From positions 81,876-145,875 of the forward strand of contig CAJIYR010000008.1 in NCBI GenBank assembly GCA_905181735.1: DNA of 64,000 nucleotides. Direction: 5' to 3'. The position numbers were made by a program, and so were the translations under genes. Shown here one piece after another: positions 19,350 to 30,239 of this stretch. How positions within the stretch are numbered: position 1 is the stretch's first letter; the number at the start of each line of letters is the position of its first letter. Origin of the DNA: an uncultured Hyphomicrobiales bacterium. Its GTDB lineage: Bacteria; Pseudomonadota; Alphaproteobacteria; Rhizobiales; TMED25. The notes below the pieces were generated by a model, which searched no databases, was not told where the DNA came from, and saw only the letters and a list, made by a program, of their open reading frames with translations.

Positions 19350-19413
19350 AATGTAATTGATAAAAATCTGATAATAATAATTTATAATATTTAAAATAAA
19401 AGGATTAGGAATA

Positions 19414-19488
19414 TGGCTGGGGCGGCAGGATTCGAACCTGCGCATGTCGAGATCAAAACCCGATGCCTTACCGCTTGGCTACGCCCCA
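19414..19488 (-). tRNA. tRNA-Gln (anticodon TTG), CCA encoded
   Basis: Minus strand TGGGGCGTAGCCAAGCGGTAAGGCATCGGGTTTTGATCTCGACATGCGCAGGTTCGAATCCTGCCGCCCCAGCCA; cloverleaf with GTTCGAA T-loop. Confidence 0.97.
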
Positions 19489-19637
19489 ATATAATTACTG
19501 CAATACCTATAATGTACTTGCAGTTATATGTATATTGTTATTTTATTCATAATTAAAGTATATAAAATAAAATATATAAAATAATGATATAAATCATTAA
19601 TTAATTAAAAGATTATGTAAAAAATAATTATTGTTAA

Positions 19638-20474
19638 ATGAATTATAATATAAAATCTATAACTGCCAAAAATAGCGGTCCAACGACCTCCAATGGAACT
19701 AATACATACATATTAGGAAATCATAATCTAATCATAATTGACCCTGGACCTGATGATAATCAGCATTTAGAAAATATATTAAAAAACATCGAGAATAAGA
19801 ACGTTGAATATATAATTGTTACACACACTCATAAAGATCATTCAACACTCGCCAATAAATTAGCAGAAATAACAGGAGCGAAGAAAATTGGCTCCACAAA
19901 AGATTTTATTAAAAACCAAGAGAAAAATTCTGTAATAAATTTTGATATAGAATTTACGCCAGATATATATCTGGTAGATCAGATGATTATTAAAACAGAA
20001 GATTTGATTCTAAAAGCACTCCACACGCCTGGACACACCTCTGATCACTTTTGTTTTAAGGAAGAGACTATGAGTAGAATTTTTACAGGTGATCATATTA
20101 TGGGGTGGTCTAGTACACTAATATCACCGCCAGATGGTAATATGGGAGATTACATGTCTTCGCTTAGTCAAATAATAGATAAAGGCAAAAATGAATATTT
20201 TCCCGGCCACGGCGATAAAATTACCGATGGAAAGAGTTATGCAGAAAAACTTCTGCAGCATAGGTTTAATCGCAAACAGAAAATTCATGAGCTTATTATA
20301 TTGGGTAATAAAAACGCAGAAGAGTTAACGGGTTATATATACAAAGACATTGACTTTAGATTATTAAAATATGCCACTTTAACAATATTGGCTCATTTGA
20401 TTGATCTTGAAAAAGAAAAATCTATAAAATCTGATGGCCTAGAAAACACCAACTCAACTTATAGTAAGATATAA
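19638..20474 (+). CDS. MBL-fold metallo-hydrolase (LACTB2-like)
   Basis: 'GTNTY', 'IDPGP', 'THTHKDH', 'TPGHTSDH', 'TGDH', 'PGHG'. Confidence 0.88.
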   Translation: MNYNIKSITAKNSGPTTSNGTNTYILGNHNLIIIDPGPDDNQHLENILKNIENKNVEYIIVTHTHKDHSTLANKLAEITGAKKIGSTKDFIKNQEKNSVINFDIEFTPDIYLVDQMIIKTEDLILKALHTPGHTSDHFCFKEETMSRIFTGDHIMGWSSTLISPPDGNMGDYMSSLSQIIDKGKNEYFPGHGDKITDGKSYAEKLLQHRFNRKQKIHELIILGNKNAEELTGYIYKDIDFRLLKYATLTILAHLIDLEKEKSIKSDGLENTNSTYSKI

Positions 20475-20487
20475 AATTATTCTTAGA

Positions 20488-21111
20488 TCACGGGTATAAG
20501 AATTTAGTATTCCATTTATTATTTTCTAAATAAAATACAAGCCTTTGGTGGAGTCTAAATTCTGAGTTAACCCAAAATTCAATCTCGTTTGGAACGATTC
20601 TGTAACCCATCCAATAAGGAGGCTTAGGAACATCTTTATCTTCATATATTAATTCAATATCGGAAAAGGAACTCTTCAATTGCGATTGGCTTTCTAAGTC
20701 TGAAGATTGTTTGCTGGCCCACGCTCCTATTTGACTACCACGAGGCCTGGTTTTAAAATACGCCTCTGACTCTGAATTTGATAAAATTTCAACTTTACCT
20801 TTAATTCTAATTTGTCTTTGTAAGCTCTTCCAATGAAAACATGCTGCTACAGATTTATTTTGTGATAATTCTTTCCCTTTTGCACTGTTTGCATTCGTAT
20901 AGAACGTAAAACCTTTTGTGCCATAATCTTTAAGCAAAACAACTCTTGCATTGGGTATATTGTCAGAATCAGATGTTGCAAGGATCATCGCATTAGGATC
21001 GTTTAACTCTTGGGATTCTGCTTCCTTTATCCATTCTTCAAATAAAGCTAATGGGTTCGTTTTATTCGAAAAACTATTATTCGAGAAGTCAATGTTAGAA
21101 ATTTGTTTCAT
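20488..21111 (-). CDS. pdxH: Pyridoxamine 5'-phosphate oxidase
   Basis: 'DPNAMILAT', 'RVVLLK', 'FYTN', 'SQIGAWASKQS', 'EFW..RLHQR', 'LYP'. Confidence 0.95.
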   Translation of the reverse strand: MKQISNIDFSNNSFSNKTNPLALFEEWIKEAESQELNDPNAMILATSDSDNIPNARVVLLKDYGTKGFTFYTNANSAKGKELSQNKSVAACFHWKSLQRQIRIKGKVEILSNSESEAYFKTRPRGSQIGAWASKQSSDLESQSQLKSSFSDIELIYEDKDVPKPPYWMGYRIVPNEIEFWVNSEFRLHQRLVFYLENNKWNTKFLYP

Positions 21112-21231
21112 AAAAAATATAACTCTTATTATTAAACAATTATTATTAAATATGCATTATAAATAGATTTAGTATATTACTATACAACTTAAACGATAAT
21201 AATAATAATAGAATTTATGAAATAAGATACT

Positions 21232-22068
21232 ATGGAAAACAATACAAATAAACATATCGGCTCATTAATGGCAGGGAAACGTGGCCTTGTTATGGGTGTA
21301 GCAAACAATAGGTCAATTGCCTGGGGGATAGCTAAAACTCTGCACCAATATGGTGCAGAAGTTGCTTTTACTTATCAAGGGGAGGCCATAGAGAAAAGAA
21401 TTATACCTTTAGCAAAAGAATTAAATTCAGAAATTGTGATAGAATGTGATGTATCAGAAAAGAATTCTATTGTCTCAGCATTTGAGATATTAAAAAGTAA
21501 ATGGGAGAAAATAGATTTTATCGTACACGCAATAGCTTTTTCCGATAAAAATGAATTAACAGGAAGATATATTGATACTTCACAAGAAAATTTCTTACAA
21601 ACTATGTTGGTATCAACTTATTCGCTTACGGCCGTTGCTCAAGTTGCTGAAAAAATGCTAAATGAAAATGGATCTATTTTAACTCTTACCTATTACGGAG
21701 CAGAAAAAGTTATGCCTCATTACAATGTAATGGGTATTGCGAAAGCGGGGTTAGAAGCTTCAGTAAGGTACCTAAGTGTAGATTTAGGAAAAACAGGAAA
21801 ACGTATTAATGCAATATCCGCGGGACCCATCAAAACACTTGCGGCATCTGGAATTGGAGATTTTCGTTATATTCTTAAGTGGAATGAATATAATTCACCT
21901 TTAAGAAGAACGGTTACCACTGATGACGTAGGGAATGCAGCGACCTACCTTCTATCCGATCTTAGTAGTTCGGTTACAGGGGAGATTCATCATGTAGATG
22001 CAGGTTATCACGTTGTTGGCATGAAAAACGAAGAAGCACCAGATATTAATGCAATTAGTAAAGAATAA
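21232..22068 (+). CDS. fabI: Enoyl-ACP reductase
   Basis: 'GVANNRSIAWGIA', 'YNVMGIAKAGLE', 'AGPIKTLAASGI'. Confidence 0.96.
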   Translation: MENNTNKHIGSLMAGKRGLVMGVANNRSIAWGIAKTLHQYGAEVAFTYQGEAIEKRIIPLAKELNSEIVIECDVSEKNSIVSAFEILKSKWEKIDFIVHAIAFSDKNELTGRYIDTSQENFLQTMLVSTYSLTAVAQVAEKMLNENGSILTLTYYGAEKVMPHYNVMGIAKAGLEASVRYLSVDLGKTGKRINAISAGPIKTLAASGIGDFRYILKWNEYNSPLRRTVTTDDVGNAATYLLSDLSSSVTGEIHHVDAGYHVVGMKNEEAPDINAISKE

Positions 22069-22089
22069 TTAATAAATATAAAAAACAAT

Positions 22090-23181
22090 ATGTCATATAA
22101 TACATTTGGACACATGCTAAAAATAACAACTTGGGGCGAGAGTCATGGTCCTTATATTGGCTGCGTTCTTGATGGTTGTCCTCCTAATATAAAGATATCT
22201 ATTGAAGAAATTCAAGAATACTTGGATAAAAGAAAACCTGGGCAATCAAAATATACAACCCAAAGAAAAGAGCCCGATCAAATCACTATCAATTCCGGTG
22301 TGATCGAAGATGAAACTGGGAATCTGCTGACTACAGGAGCACCAATATCATTAATTATTAAGAATATTGATCACAAGTCAAAAGACTATTCTGAAATAAA
22401 AAGTAAGTTTAGGCCAGGTCACGCCGATTATACTTATATTGAAAAATATGGAATTAGAGATCACAGGGGGGGTGGGAGATCTTCTGCTAGAGAAACAGCA
22501 ATGAGAGTTGCAGGAGGTGCTATTGCAAGAAAGATAATTCCAAATATTAAAATTAGAAGCGCCCTAGTCCAAATGGGTTCAATTAAGATTAATCGAAATA
22601 ATTGGGATTGGGACTTTGTAAACAAGAATCCTTTCTTTTGTCCGGATAAAGAAATTGTACAAACTTGGGAAGAGCGTATAGAAAAAATTAGAAAATCAGG
22701 TAATTCTATAGGAGCAATAATTGAAGTAATTGCCGAAAATGTACCGGCTGGACTTGGTGAACCAATATACGGAAAACTTGATCAAGATATCGCATCTGCA
22801 TTGATGTCAATCAACGCAGTAAAAGGCGTTGAGATTGGCGCAGGATTTTCCAGTGCATCGCTTACAGGAGAAGAAAACGCTGATGGTATTAGGATAGGCG
22901 AAGATTCCAAAGTAAAATTTTTATCAAATAATGCAGGTGGTATCCTTGGAGGTATATCAACAGGACAAACTATTGTAGCTCGATTTGCAGTTAAACCAAC
23001 ATCCTCTATTTTAAAATCGAAGAAAACAATTGATTATGATAAAAAAGAAACAGAGATTATAACAAAAGGTAGACATGATCCTTGTGTTGGAATTCGAGCC
23101 GTACCGGTTGGCGAAGCTATGATGGCTCTAGTTATAGCAGATCATTACATAAGAAATAGAGGACAAACGGGGAAGAATTAA
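22090..23181 (+). CDS. aroC: Chorismate synthase
   Basis: 'TWGESHG', 'RPGHAD', '[11 protein letters not shown]', 'GRHDPCVG'. Confidence 0.97.
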   Translation: MSYNTFGHMLKITTWGESHGPYIGCVLDGCPPNIKISIEEIQEYLDKRKPGQSKYTTQRKEPDQITINSGVIEDETGNLLTTGAPISLIIKNIDHKSKDYSEIKSKFRPGHADYTYIEKYGIRDHRGGGRSSARETAMRVAGGAIARKIIPNIKIRSALVQMGSIKINRNNWDWDFVNKNPFFCPDKEIVQTWEERIEKIRKSGNSIGAIIEVIAENVPAGLGEPIYGKLDQDIASALMSINAVKGVEIGAGFSSASLTGEENADGIRIGEDSKVKFLSNNAGGILGGISTGQTIVARFAVKPTSSILKSKKTIDYDKKETEIITKGRHDPCVGIRAVPVGEAMMALVIADHYIRNRGQTGKN

Positions 23182-23183
23182 TT

Positions 23184-23906
23184 TTATTTCTTTGCATATA
23201 TAAGCCATTCTTGATTACCTGTTTTTCCTAATAACGGTGATTTAAACAAACGAATATCATAAAACCCCTGCTCTAATATCCATTGTCTTATATCCCAGAC
23301 AGCTCTCCAAGCTATGTCTATATCTCTGACAATTCCACTGCTTCCTATGTTTTTTCTTCCAACTTCAAATTGAGGTTTTATCAATGCCATGAATACAATA
23401 TTTTTTTTCAATAAAAGCAACGTATTACCCATTGCTTTTTTTAAGCTTATAAAACTTACATCAACAGTTATAAGATCTATATTAATGAAAAAATCTTCTG
23501 TTAAATTCCTGCTGTCCGTACCTTCCATATTAACTACTTTATTATTACTTAAAAGATTTTTTGATAATTGATTGTGCCCAATATCAATAGAATAAACCTT
23601 TCGGACACCCTTCTCCAAAAGAACTTGGGTGAAACCTCCTGTTGACGCCCCTATATCAACGCAAAAGAAGTTTCCAATATTGATATCTATTATCTCTAAT
23701 AAAAATAGTAATTTTAAAGCTGAACGTGAAACATATAATAAAGAAATGTCATCAATCGTAATAACATCATCTGAAGATACTTTTTGACTGATCTTTCTTG
23801 CAATCACACCATTTACTAAAACTTTACCTCTTCGTATAGAATCGGCAGCTTTACTTCTTGTTACAGCTAACCCCCTGTCCGCTATTATTTGATCTAATCT
23901 ATTCAA
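23184..23906 (-). CDS. tlyA: TlyA family rRNA 2'-O-methyltransferase
   Basis: S4 domain 'RLD', 'YVSR', 'DIGASTGGFT', 'DVSFISL', 'LIKPQFE'. Confidence 0.93.
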   Translation of the reverse strand: MNRLDQIIADRGLAVTRSKAADSIRRGKVLVNGVIARKISQKVSSDDVITIDDISLLYVSRSALKLLFLLEIIDINIGNFFCVDIGASTGGFTQVLLEKGVRKVYSIDIGHNQLSKNLLSNNKVVNMEGTDSRNLTEDFFINIDLITVDVSFISLKKAMGNTLLLLKKNIVFMALIKPQFEVGRKNIGSSGIVRDIDIAWRAVWDIRQWILEQGFYDIRLFKSPLLGKTGNQEWLIYAKK

Positions 23907-23913
23907 TTATTCC

Positions 23914-25803
23914 CTATCTATCTATTTTAGTCATACTCGTGATACAATCAACAATAGAATCTGAATTTAGACCTGCTTTAATATATTGATTTTCTTGCGT
24001 ATCTTGCTGAAGAAAAAAATCAGGTAAAAATATATTTTTAATTTTTAATTTAGAATCCAAATGATTACCTTGTATCAAGAAGTTATTCACATGAGAAGCA
24101 AAGCCTCCTATAGAACCCTCTTCTATCGTAATTAGAATATAATGATTTTCAATTAATTTTAATATCAGCTCTTCGTCCAAAGGCTTAACAAACCTTGCGT
24201 CAACTAAGGTAATATTAAACCCAAGTTTCTTAAGCTCTATATCAGCCTCTAGGCATTCTTTTATCAAAGTTCCATAACATAACAAAACAATATCCTCTCC
24301 TTGTTTTATAATTTTACCTTTACCAATTCTAATAGGCTTAATTTCATTTGGAAATTCTATACCAATCCCATTTCCTCTTGGGTATCTAAATGCTATCGGC
24401 CCTTCATTATAATCTGCAGCAGTTACCACCATTCTAGCTAGTTCCAGTTCATTGGATGGAGCCATTACAATAAAATTAGGTAAAGAAGCAAGGTATGTTA
24501 TATCAAATGACCCAGCATGTGTAGCTCCATCAGCACCAACTAATCCAGCTCTATCTATAGCAAATCTAACTGGTAATTTTTGGATAGCCACATCGTGTAC
24601 CACTTGATCGTAAGCTCTTTGTAAAAAAGTCGAATAGATTGAACAAAAAGGCTTATAACCTTCTGTTGCTAACCCAGCTGCAAACGTTACGGCGTGTTGT
24701 TCTGCAATGCCAACATCAAAATATCTTTCAGGATAAAGATTAGCAAATTTATCTAGACCAGTACCGTTAGGCATTGCTGCTGTAATAGCAATTATTTTAT
24801 TATCCTCTTTTGCAATTTTTGTTAACTCTGTTGAAAATGTATTCGTATAACTTTTAATGTTTGTGTTTGGCTTTATTTGGGTTCCTGTTGATATATCAAA
24901 TTTCGATACCCCATGAAATTTATCAGCAGATCTTTCGGCCGGCTCATAACCTTTTCCTTTTTGAGTTACTATATGTAATAATATTGGCCCTTCTTTAGAA
25001 TTTTTTACATTCTTCAGAATTGGTAATAAATGCTTAAAATTGTGTCCGTCAATAGGGCCAACATAATAAAAACCAAGCTCTTCAAATAGGGTTCCTCCTG
25101 TGAAAAAACCCCTTGAATATTCTTCGGCCTTTGAAATGCTTTGCCTTATTCTTTTTGGAAGATGTGATATAAGTTTCTTAACATACCTTCTTATACCCGT
25201 GTATGCTCCGCCTGATATTAATTTAGCAAGGTATGCGCTCATTGCACCAACTGGAGGTGCTATTGACATATCATTGTCATTTAAAATAACGATTAATCTA
25301 TTATTCATTGATCCTGCGTTGTTCATGGCTTCGTAAGCCATTCCAGCGCTCATTGCACCATCTCCTATAACGGCGATAACATTACCCTCGGATAATGATA
25401 AATTTCTAGCAACAGATATTCCCAGGCTTGATGAGATTGAAGTAGATGAATGAGCGGCACCAAACACATCATACTCACTTTCACTTCTAGACGTGAATCC
25501 AGATAACCCATTACCTTGACGGAGTTTTTCCATTAACTTTCTACGACCTGTTAGTATTTTGTGAGGGTAAGTTTGGTGACCAACATCCCATACTAATTTA
25601 TCATCAGGAGTATCAAAAATATAATGCAATGCTATGGTGAGTTCAACCACACCTAAACCGGCACCTAAGTGCCCACCTGTCTTAGATACTATCTCAATTA
25701 GTTCAGTTCTTAATTCATCTGCAAGAGGCTCTAGATCGATTTCTTCTAGTTTTCTTAGATCAGAAGGATAATTAATTTTATCTAATATTGGTGTTTTGCT
25801 CAT
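23914..25803 (-). CDS. dxs: 1-deoxy-D-xylulose-5-phosphate synthase
   Basis: '[14 protein letters not shown]', 'WDVGHQ', 'GDGAMSAG', 'DVGIAEQH', 'GADGATH'. Confidence 0.97.
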   Translation of the reverse strand: MSKTPILDKINYPSDLRKLEEIDLEPLADELRTELIEIVSKTGGHLGAGLGVVELTIALHYIFDTPDDKLVWDVGHQTYPHKILTGRRKLMEKLRQGNGLSGFTSRSESEYDVFGAAHSSTSISSSLGISVARNLSLSEGNVIAVIGDGAMSAGMAYEAMNNAGSMNNRLIVILNDNDMSIAPPVGAMSAYLAKLISGGAYTGIRRYVKKLISHLPKRIRQSISKAEEYSRGFFTGGTLFEELGFYYVGPIDGHNFKHLLPILKNVKNSKEGPILLHIVTQKGKGYEPAERSADKFHGVSKFDISTGTQIKPNTNIKSYTNTFSTELTKIAKEDNKIIAITAAMPNGTGLDKFANLYPERYFDVGIAEQHAVTFAAGLATEGYKPFCSIYSTFLQRAYDQVVHDVAIQKLPVRFAIDRAGLVGADGATHAGSFDITYLASLPNFIVMAPSNELELARMVVTAADYNEGPIAFRYPRGNGIGIEFPNEIKPIRIGKGKIIKQGEDIVLLCYGTLIKECLEADIELKKLGFNITLVDARFVKPLDEELILKLIENHYILITIEEGSIGGFASHVNNFLIQGNHLDSKLKIKNIFLPDFFLQQDTQENQYIKAGLNSDSIVDCITSMTKIDR

Positions 25804-25845
25804 AAATTATAAACTTATTTTTATATTTAAAACTCTAAGAAAAGA

Positions 25846-26103
25846 TTATTTGCTGTCTTCGAGAGATTGAATATTTTTTATATTACCGGAAGTATTAAGA
25901 TTTATTTTTTCTATCCTCGCTTCGGCTTGGTTTAACAAATTATTACAATGGACTTTAAGTGATTCGCCTCTTTCGTATTTAAATATAGATTCTTCAAGAC
26001 CTATTGAACCATTCTCAAGACTTTCGACAATTAATTCCAGCTCTTTAATAGCATCTTCGAAGCTCAGGCTACCTATATTTTTGTTAATTACATCAGATTC
26101 CAT
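25846..26103 (-). CDS. xseB: Exodeoxyribonuclease VII small subunit
   Basis: 'SFEDAIKELELIVESLENGSIGLEESIFKYERG'; upstream of dxs. Confidence 0.93.
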   Translation of the reverse strand: MESDVINKNIGSLSFEDAIKELELIVESLENGSIGLEESIFKYERGESLKVHCNNLLNQAEARIEKINLNTSGNIKNIQSLEDSK

Positions 26104-26222
26104 GTCAATAAACTCCTTAATATATTTTTACTATATTATTTATCACTATTTTTATGTTAAGTTTATATATATTTTATATAGACTTAATTAATAATGAATA
26201 ATAGCTTTTTCGATAATACAAA

Positions 26223-27179
26223 ATGTTAAATAATAATATTATATCAGCTAATGCCTCAGGCATCAAAATTGCAAGTAATATACTAAGGAAAAATGGGATT
26301 ATTTCATTTCCCACAGAAACTGTTTATGGATTAGGGGCCTCAGCTCTTAGCAGTGATGCGGTTGCTAAAATATACGCTGTTAAAAAAAGACCAAGCTTTA
26401 ATCCCTTAATCGTTCATGTTAGCTCATTGAAAAAGGCAATGGAGATTGGAATCTTTAATCAAGAGGCTCAAAAATTAGCGGAAAGATTTTGGCCTGGTCC
26501 GCTAACAATTGTAGTTCCTATCAGGAAAAATAGCCAAATATCTGAACTAGTAACTGCTGGATTATCAACAGTAGCATTAAGGGTACCGTCAAATGACATT
26601 GCCCTTGCTTTATTAAAATATTGTGATATTCCCTTAGCTGCACCAAGTGCAAATCTATCTGGTACAGTTAGCTCAACCAATGCAAAACATGTGCTTGATG
26701 ATTTTCATAGTTCTATCGATATAATTCTTGACGGTGGTAAATGTAAATACGGAATAGAATCAACTATAATTATTAGCGCTAAAGATGGGTTTAAGCTTCT
26801 GAGAGCTGGTTGTATAACAGAAGATATTATTAAAAAAGAATTAAACATCATAGTTCAAAAATATGAATCATCCACAATTATCGCACCAGGGCAACTAGAA
26901 AAACACTACTCGCCAAAAGCAAAATTGAGATTAAATGCAAGCGCATTATTAGAAGATGAAGAATTTATTGGATTCGGAAAAGTTCCAGATGGCATTTCAT
27001 CAACAATAAATCTATCTGTTAATGGTAACCTGATTGAAGCAGCAACGAATTTATTTAGTATATTGCGTTCAATTGATGATCTAAAATTGAATAATGTTGC
27101 TATAGCTAAAATTCCAAACACAGGAATAGGAATAGCAATTAATGACAGATTACAGAGAGCGGCAATACAAAATATATAA
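26223..27179 (+). CDS. tsaC: L-threonylcarbamoyladenylate synthase (Sua5 type)
   Basis: 'FPTETVYGLG', 'KKRPSFNPLIVH', 'WPGPLT', 'APSAN', 'APGQLEKHYSP'. Confidence 0.93.
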   Translation: MLNNNIISANASGIKIASNILRKNGIISFPTETVYGLGASALSSDAVAKIYAVKKRPSFNPLIVHVSSLKKAMEIGIFNQEAQKLAERFWPGPLTIVVPIRKNSQISELVTAGLSTVALRVPSNDIALALLKYCDIPLAAPSANLSGTVSSTNAKHVLDDFHSSIDIILDGGKCKYGIESTIIISAKDGFKLLRAGCITEDIIKKELNIIVQKYESSTIIAPGQLEKHYSPKAKLRLNASALLEDEEFIGFGKVPDGISSTINLSVNGNLIEAATNLFSILRSIDDLKLNNVAIAKIPNTGIGIAINDRLQRAAIQNI

Positions 27180-27198
27180 GTTATAAGGAGTTAATCTA

Positions 27199-28650
27199 AT
27201 GAGTAAGAATGTTACGAACAATAGAGAGGGTTATGCGCACCCTAGTCAGAATATAATTAATTTATTTTGTGAAATCGTAGGTGATTCAAATGTATTATTG
27301 GATGAAAGTGATATGCAGTCATATCTATTGGAGCCAAGAAGATTATATAGTTCGAAAGCAGCATGTGTGATTAAGCCAAGTTCAGTGCTAGAAATTAGTC
27401 ATCTACTCAAAATAGCAAACGAGAATAATATTTCGGTAGTTCCCCAAGGTGGTAACACCGGATTAGTTGGCGGACAAGTGCCTTACGACAAAGGCAATGA
27501 GGTCATTTTATCACTTTCCAGATTAAATAAATTAAGAGAAATTGATATAAGCACAAATTCTATGACCATAGAAGCAGGAATGACCCTAGATAAAGTACAG
27601 AAATTAGCGGACGAGAACGATAGGTTTTTTCCATTGAGCCTAGGATCAGAAGGCTCTTGTCAAATTGGCGGGAATCTCGCAACTAATGCAGGTGGCACCG
27701 CAGTTATTGAATACGGAAATACCAGAGAACTGACTTTGGGACTAGAAGTGGTATTAGCAGACGGTAAGATCTTAAATGGATTAAAAAGCTTAAGGAAGGA
27801 TAATACCGGCTATGATCTTAAAAATCTATTTATAGGGAGCGAAGGAACCCTTGGCATAATTACAGCCGCAACAATGAAATTATTTCCAAAACCTAAAAAC
27901 ATAATCAGCACTTTTGTATCTTTAAAGGATCTAGATGCTGCTGTTAATTTATTAAATTTTCTTCGCAAAGAAACTATGAATAAGATCACTAGTTTTGAAT
28001 TAATGCCAAAAATTGGAATTAAATTAGTTCAAAAACATAAACCAAATATAAAAATCCCATTAAGAGCACTAAATGATTGGTCTGCTTTGATTGAATTTTC
28101 CTCTAATGATACGCTAGATTCAGCTAGAGAAGATTTGGAGAGTACGCTTTTTAAAGCTATCAATGAAGACTATATAACCGATTGTGTAATTGCAGAATCA
28201 ATATCACAATCAATGGATTTTTGGAGAATAAGACATTTTATTGTTGAAGTTCAAGCTTATGAGGGCGGGAGCATCAAGCATGATATTTCTATTCCAATTG
28301 CAAAAATACCTCAATTTATTTATGAAGCAAATAATATCGCAGAATCTGTATGTCCGTCATCCCGTCCTATTCCCTTTGGACACCTTGGTGATGGGAACAT
28401 ACACTATAATATTACCCAACCAATAAACGAAAATACCGATAAATTCATGGAAAAATGGCATGATATGTCTGTTAAAATACATGATTTAGTTATTAAGTTA
28501 AATGGATCTATTAGCGCTGAACATGGAATCGGCAGAATGAAAAGAGATGAGCTGCTTGAAAGATCCGATTCTACTAAAAATTTCATTATGAAGAATATAA
28601 AAAATGCATTAGATGTAAAGGGAATACTCAATCCAGGAAAAGTACTTTAA
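27199..28650 (+). CDS. FAD-binding D-2-hydroxyacid dehydrogenase-like oxidoreductase
   Basis: 'PQGGNTGLVGG', 'IGGNLATNAGG', 'KDNTGYDL', 'GSEGTLG', 'GHLGDGNIH', 'AEHGIG'. Confidence 0.92.
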   Translation: MSKNVTNNREGYAHPSQNIINLFCEIVGDSNVLLDESDMQSYLLEPRRLYSSKAACVIKPSSVLEISHLLKIANENNISVVPQGGNTGLVGGQVPYDKGNEVILSLSRLNKLREIDISTNSMTIEAGMTLDKVQKLADENDRFFPLSLGSEGSCQIGGNLATNAGGTAVIEYGNTRELTLGLEVVLADGKILNGLKSLRKDNTGYDLKNLFIGSEGTLGIITAATMKLFPKPKNIISTFVSLKDLDAAVNLLNFLRKETMNKITSFELMPKIGIKLVQKHKPNIKIPLRALNDWSALIEFSSNDTLDSAREDLESTLFKAINEDYITDCVIAESISQSMDFWRIRHFIVEVQAYEGGSIKHDISIPIAKIPQFIYEANNIAESVCPSSRPIPFGHLGDGNIHYNITQPINENTDKFMEKWHDMSVKIHDLVIKLNGSISAEHGIGRMKRDELLERSDSTKNFIMKNIKNALDVKGILNPGKVL

Positions 28651-28682
28651 GACAACTACATAAATAAGCTCTCAACATATCT

Positions 28683-28686
28683 GGAG
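28683..28686 (+). promoter_or_regulatory. Shine-Dalgarno GGAG 8 nt upstream of proposed ATT start of NUDIX gene
   Basis: GGAG-ATTATAAG-ATT-AAT-AGA-GAT-TAT-CCT. Confidence 0.6.
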
Positions 28687-28694
28687 ATTATAAG

Positions 28695-29108
28695 ATTAAT
28701 AGAGATTATCCTGAACATCCATTATTTGGAGTTAGCTCTCTAATTATAAAAGAGAGCAGTGTCCTTGTGGTAAAAAGATCTTCTAAACCTGACGTATGGA
28801 GTTTACCTGGAGGGTTAGTTGAACTTGGTGAAATGCAACAAAATGCTGCCATAAGAGAAGTTCAGGAAGAAACAAATATAAATATTAAAATTATTAAATT
28901 TCTAGAGAATTTAGATATAATTATAAAAGATGAACAAAAAAAAATAAAAAGACATTATATTTTAGCTGTTTTTAGTGGAGAATATATAAGTGGTAACATA
29001 ATTGCAGGAGACGATGCCTTGGATGCAAAGTGGGTTCCAATTCAAGATATAAAAAATATTAACATGACTATTGGAACAACTCAATTTATAATGAATTATT
29101 GTAAATAA
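28695..29108 (+). CDS. NUDIX hydrolase (ADP-ribose pyrophosphatase-like); proposed ATT start
   Basis: Nudix box 'GGLVELGEMQQNAAIREVQEETNI', 'AGDDALDAKW'; in-frame extension (I)NRDYPEHPLFGVSSLIIKESSVL upstream of GTG 28767. Confidence 0.88.
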   Translation: MNRDYPEHPLFGVSSLIIKESSVLVVKRSSKPDVWSLPGGLVELGEMQQNAAIREVQEETNINIKIIKFLENLDIIIKDEQKKIKRHYILAVFSGEYISGNIIAGDDALDAKWVPIQDIKNINMTIGTTQFIMNYCK

Positions 29109-30095
29109 TTACATGTTTACTATGTATCTTCCTTTATGGTTTCCTTCTATAATTTTATTCGAGATAAGCAGAACTTCATCAATATCTATTTCAGTAATCA
29201 CTGATTTTATTAAGTCTAAATCAATCAATTCAGTCAACCTATTCCAAGCATTTTCTCTGTTTTCTTTTTTGCAATAAGCCGAGTCAACTCCAAGTAACTT
29301 AATACCTCGAAGAATGAATGGTGCCATATTAGTACTCAGATTTATACCTTGTATTTGACCGCAAACTGAAATAGCTCCTCCTCTAGCTGTTTGAGAAATT
29401 ATATGAGAAAGAGTATTCCCTCCAATAACATCAATCGCACTAGCCCAAGTCTCTTTGTCTATTAATCTAGGAGTGCCTTCGAATACTTCATTGTCAATGA
29501 TCCGTTCGGCACCCAATCTCATGAGGTACTTCTCTTCATAAATTTTTCCAGTTGATGCGACAACCCTAAATCCTAGCTTCGATAGAATCATAATAGCAAA
29601 AGCACCTACCCCACCCGTTGCGCCTGTAACAACTATTTCACCCATATTGGGTGTGATGCCTGATTCTTCAATTCCAATAACACATAACATTGCTGTTAGA
29701 CCTGCAGTTCCTATAGACATGATATCATTGCAGGAAAACTGTTTTGGAACTTTTAATAACCATTGAGAGTCAATTCTTGCGTATTCAGAAAGACCACCGT
29801 AGTGAATCTCTCCCATGCCATGGCCGGTTGCAAAAATATTATCACCTTTTTTAAAAAGAGGATTATCAGAATCTTCAACAATACCCGCTAGATCAATGCC
29901 TGGTATCATTGGAAATTTTCTAACAACAGGAGCTTTTCCCGTTAAAGCCAGTGCGTCTTTGTAATTAATGCCTGAAGACACAACCTTAACGACAGTATCC
30001 CCAAGCATTAAATCATTAATATTGATTTTTTTTAATTTTGCTATTGTTACTTTATCTTGTTGAGATAAATGCCAAGCTTTAAATTTATTATCCAT
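29109..30095 (-). CDS. acuI: Acryloyl-CoA reductase (AcuI/YhdH family MDR)
   Basis: 'INYKDALA', 'FPMIPGIDLAG', 'IGTAGLTAMLCV', 'VTGATGGVG', 'PFILRG..LLGVDS'. Confidence 0.88.
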   Translation of the reverse strand: MDNKFKAWHLSQQDKVTIAKLKKININDLMLGDTVVKVVSSGINYKDALALTGKAPVVRKFPMIPGIDLAGIVEDSDNPLFKKGDNIFATGHGMGEIHYGGLSEYARIDSQWLLKVPKQFSCNDIMSIGTAGLTAMLCVIGIEESGITPNMGEIVVTGATGGVGAFAIMILSKLGFRVVASTGKIYEEKYLMRLGAERIIDNEVFEGTPRLIDKETWASAIDVIGGNTLSHIISQTARGGAISVCGQIQGINLSTNMAPFILRGIKLLGVDSAYCKKENRENAWNRLTELIDLDLIKSVITEIDIDEVLLISNKIIEGNHKGRYIVNM

Positions 30096-30239
30096 TAATT
30101 ACCCAAATTATATAAATAAATACAATTAATATATTACAAGATATTATTTAATATACTATAATATAAAATATTAACGACAAATAATCTAGCACAAGTCATT
30201 GCATAGATTTAATAAAAAAATTATTATGATAATTAAAAA

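Noticed and set aside
19350-19445. N-terminal extension MRRFESCRPSH of the DUF3429 ORF
   Set aside because: It is a translation of the tRNA T-arm and spacer; the real start is ATG 19349
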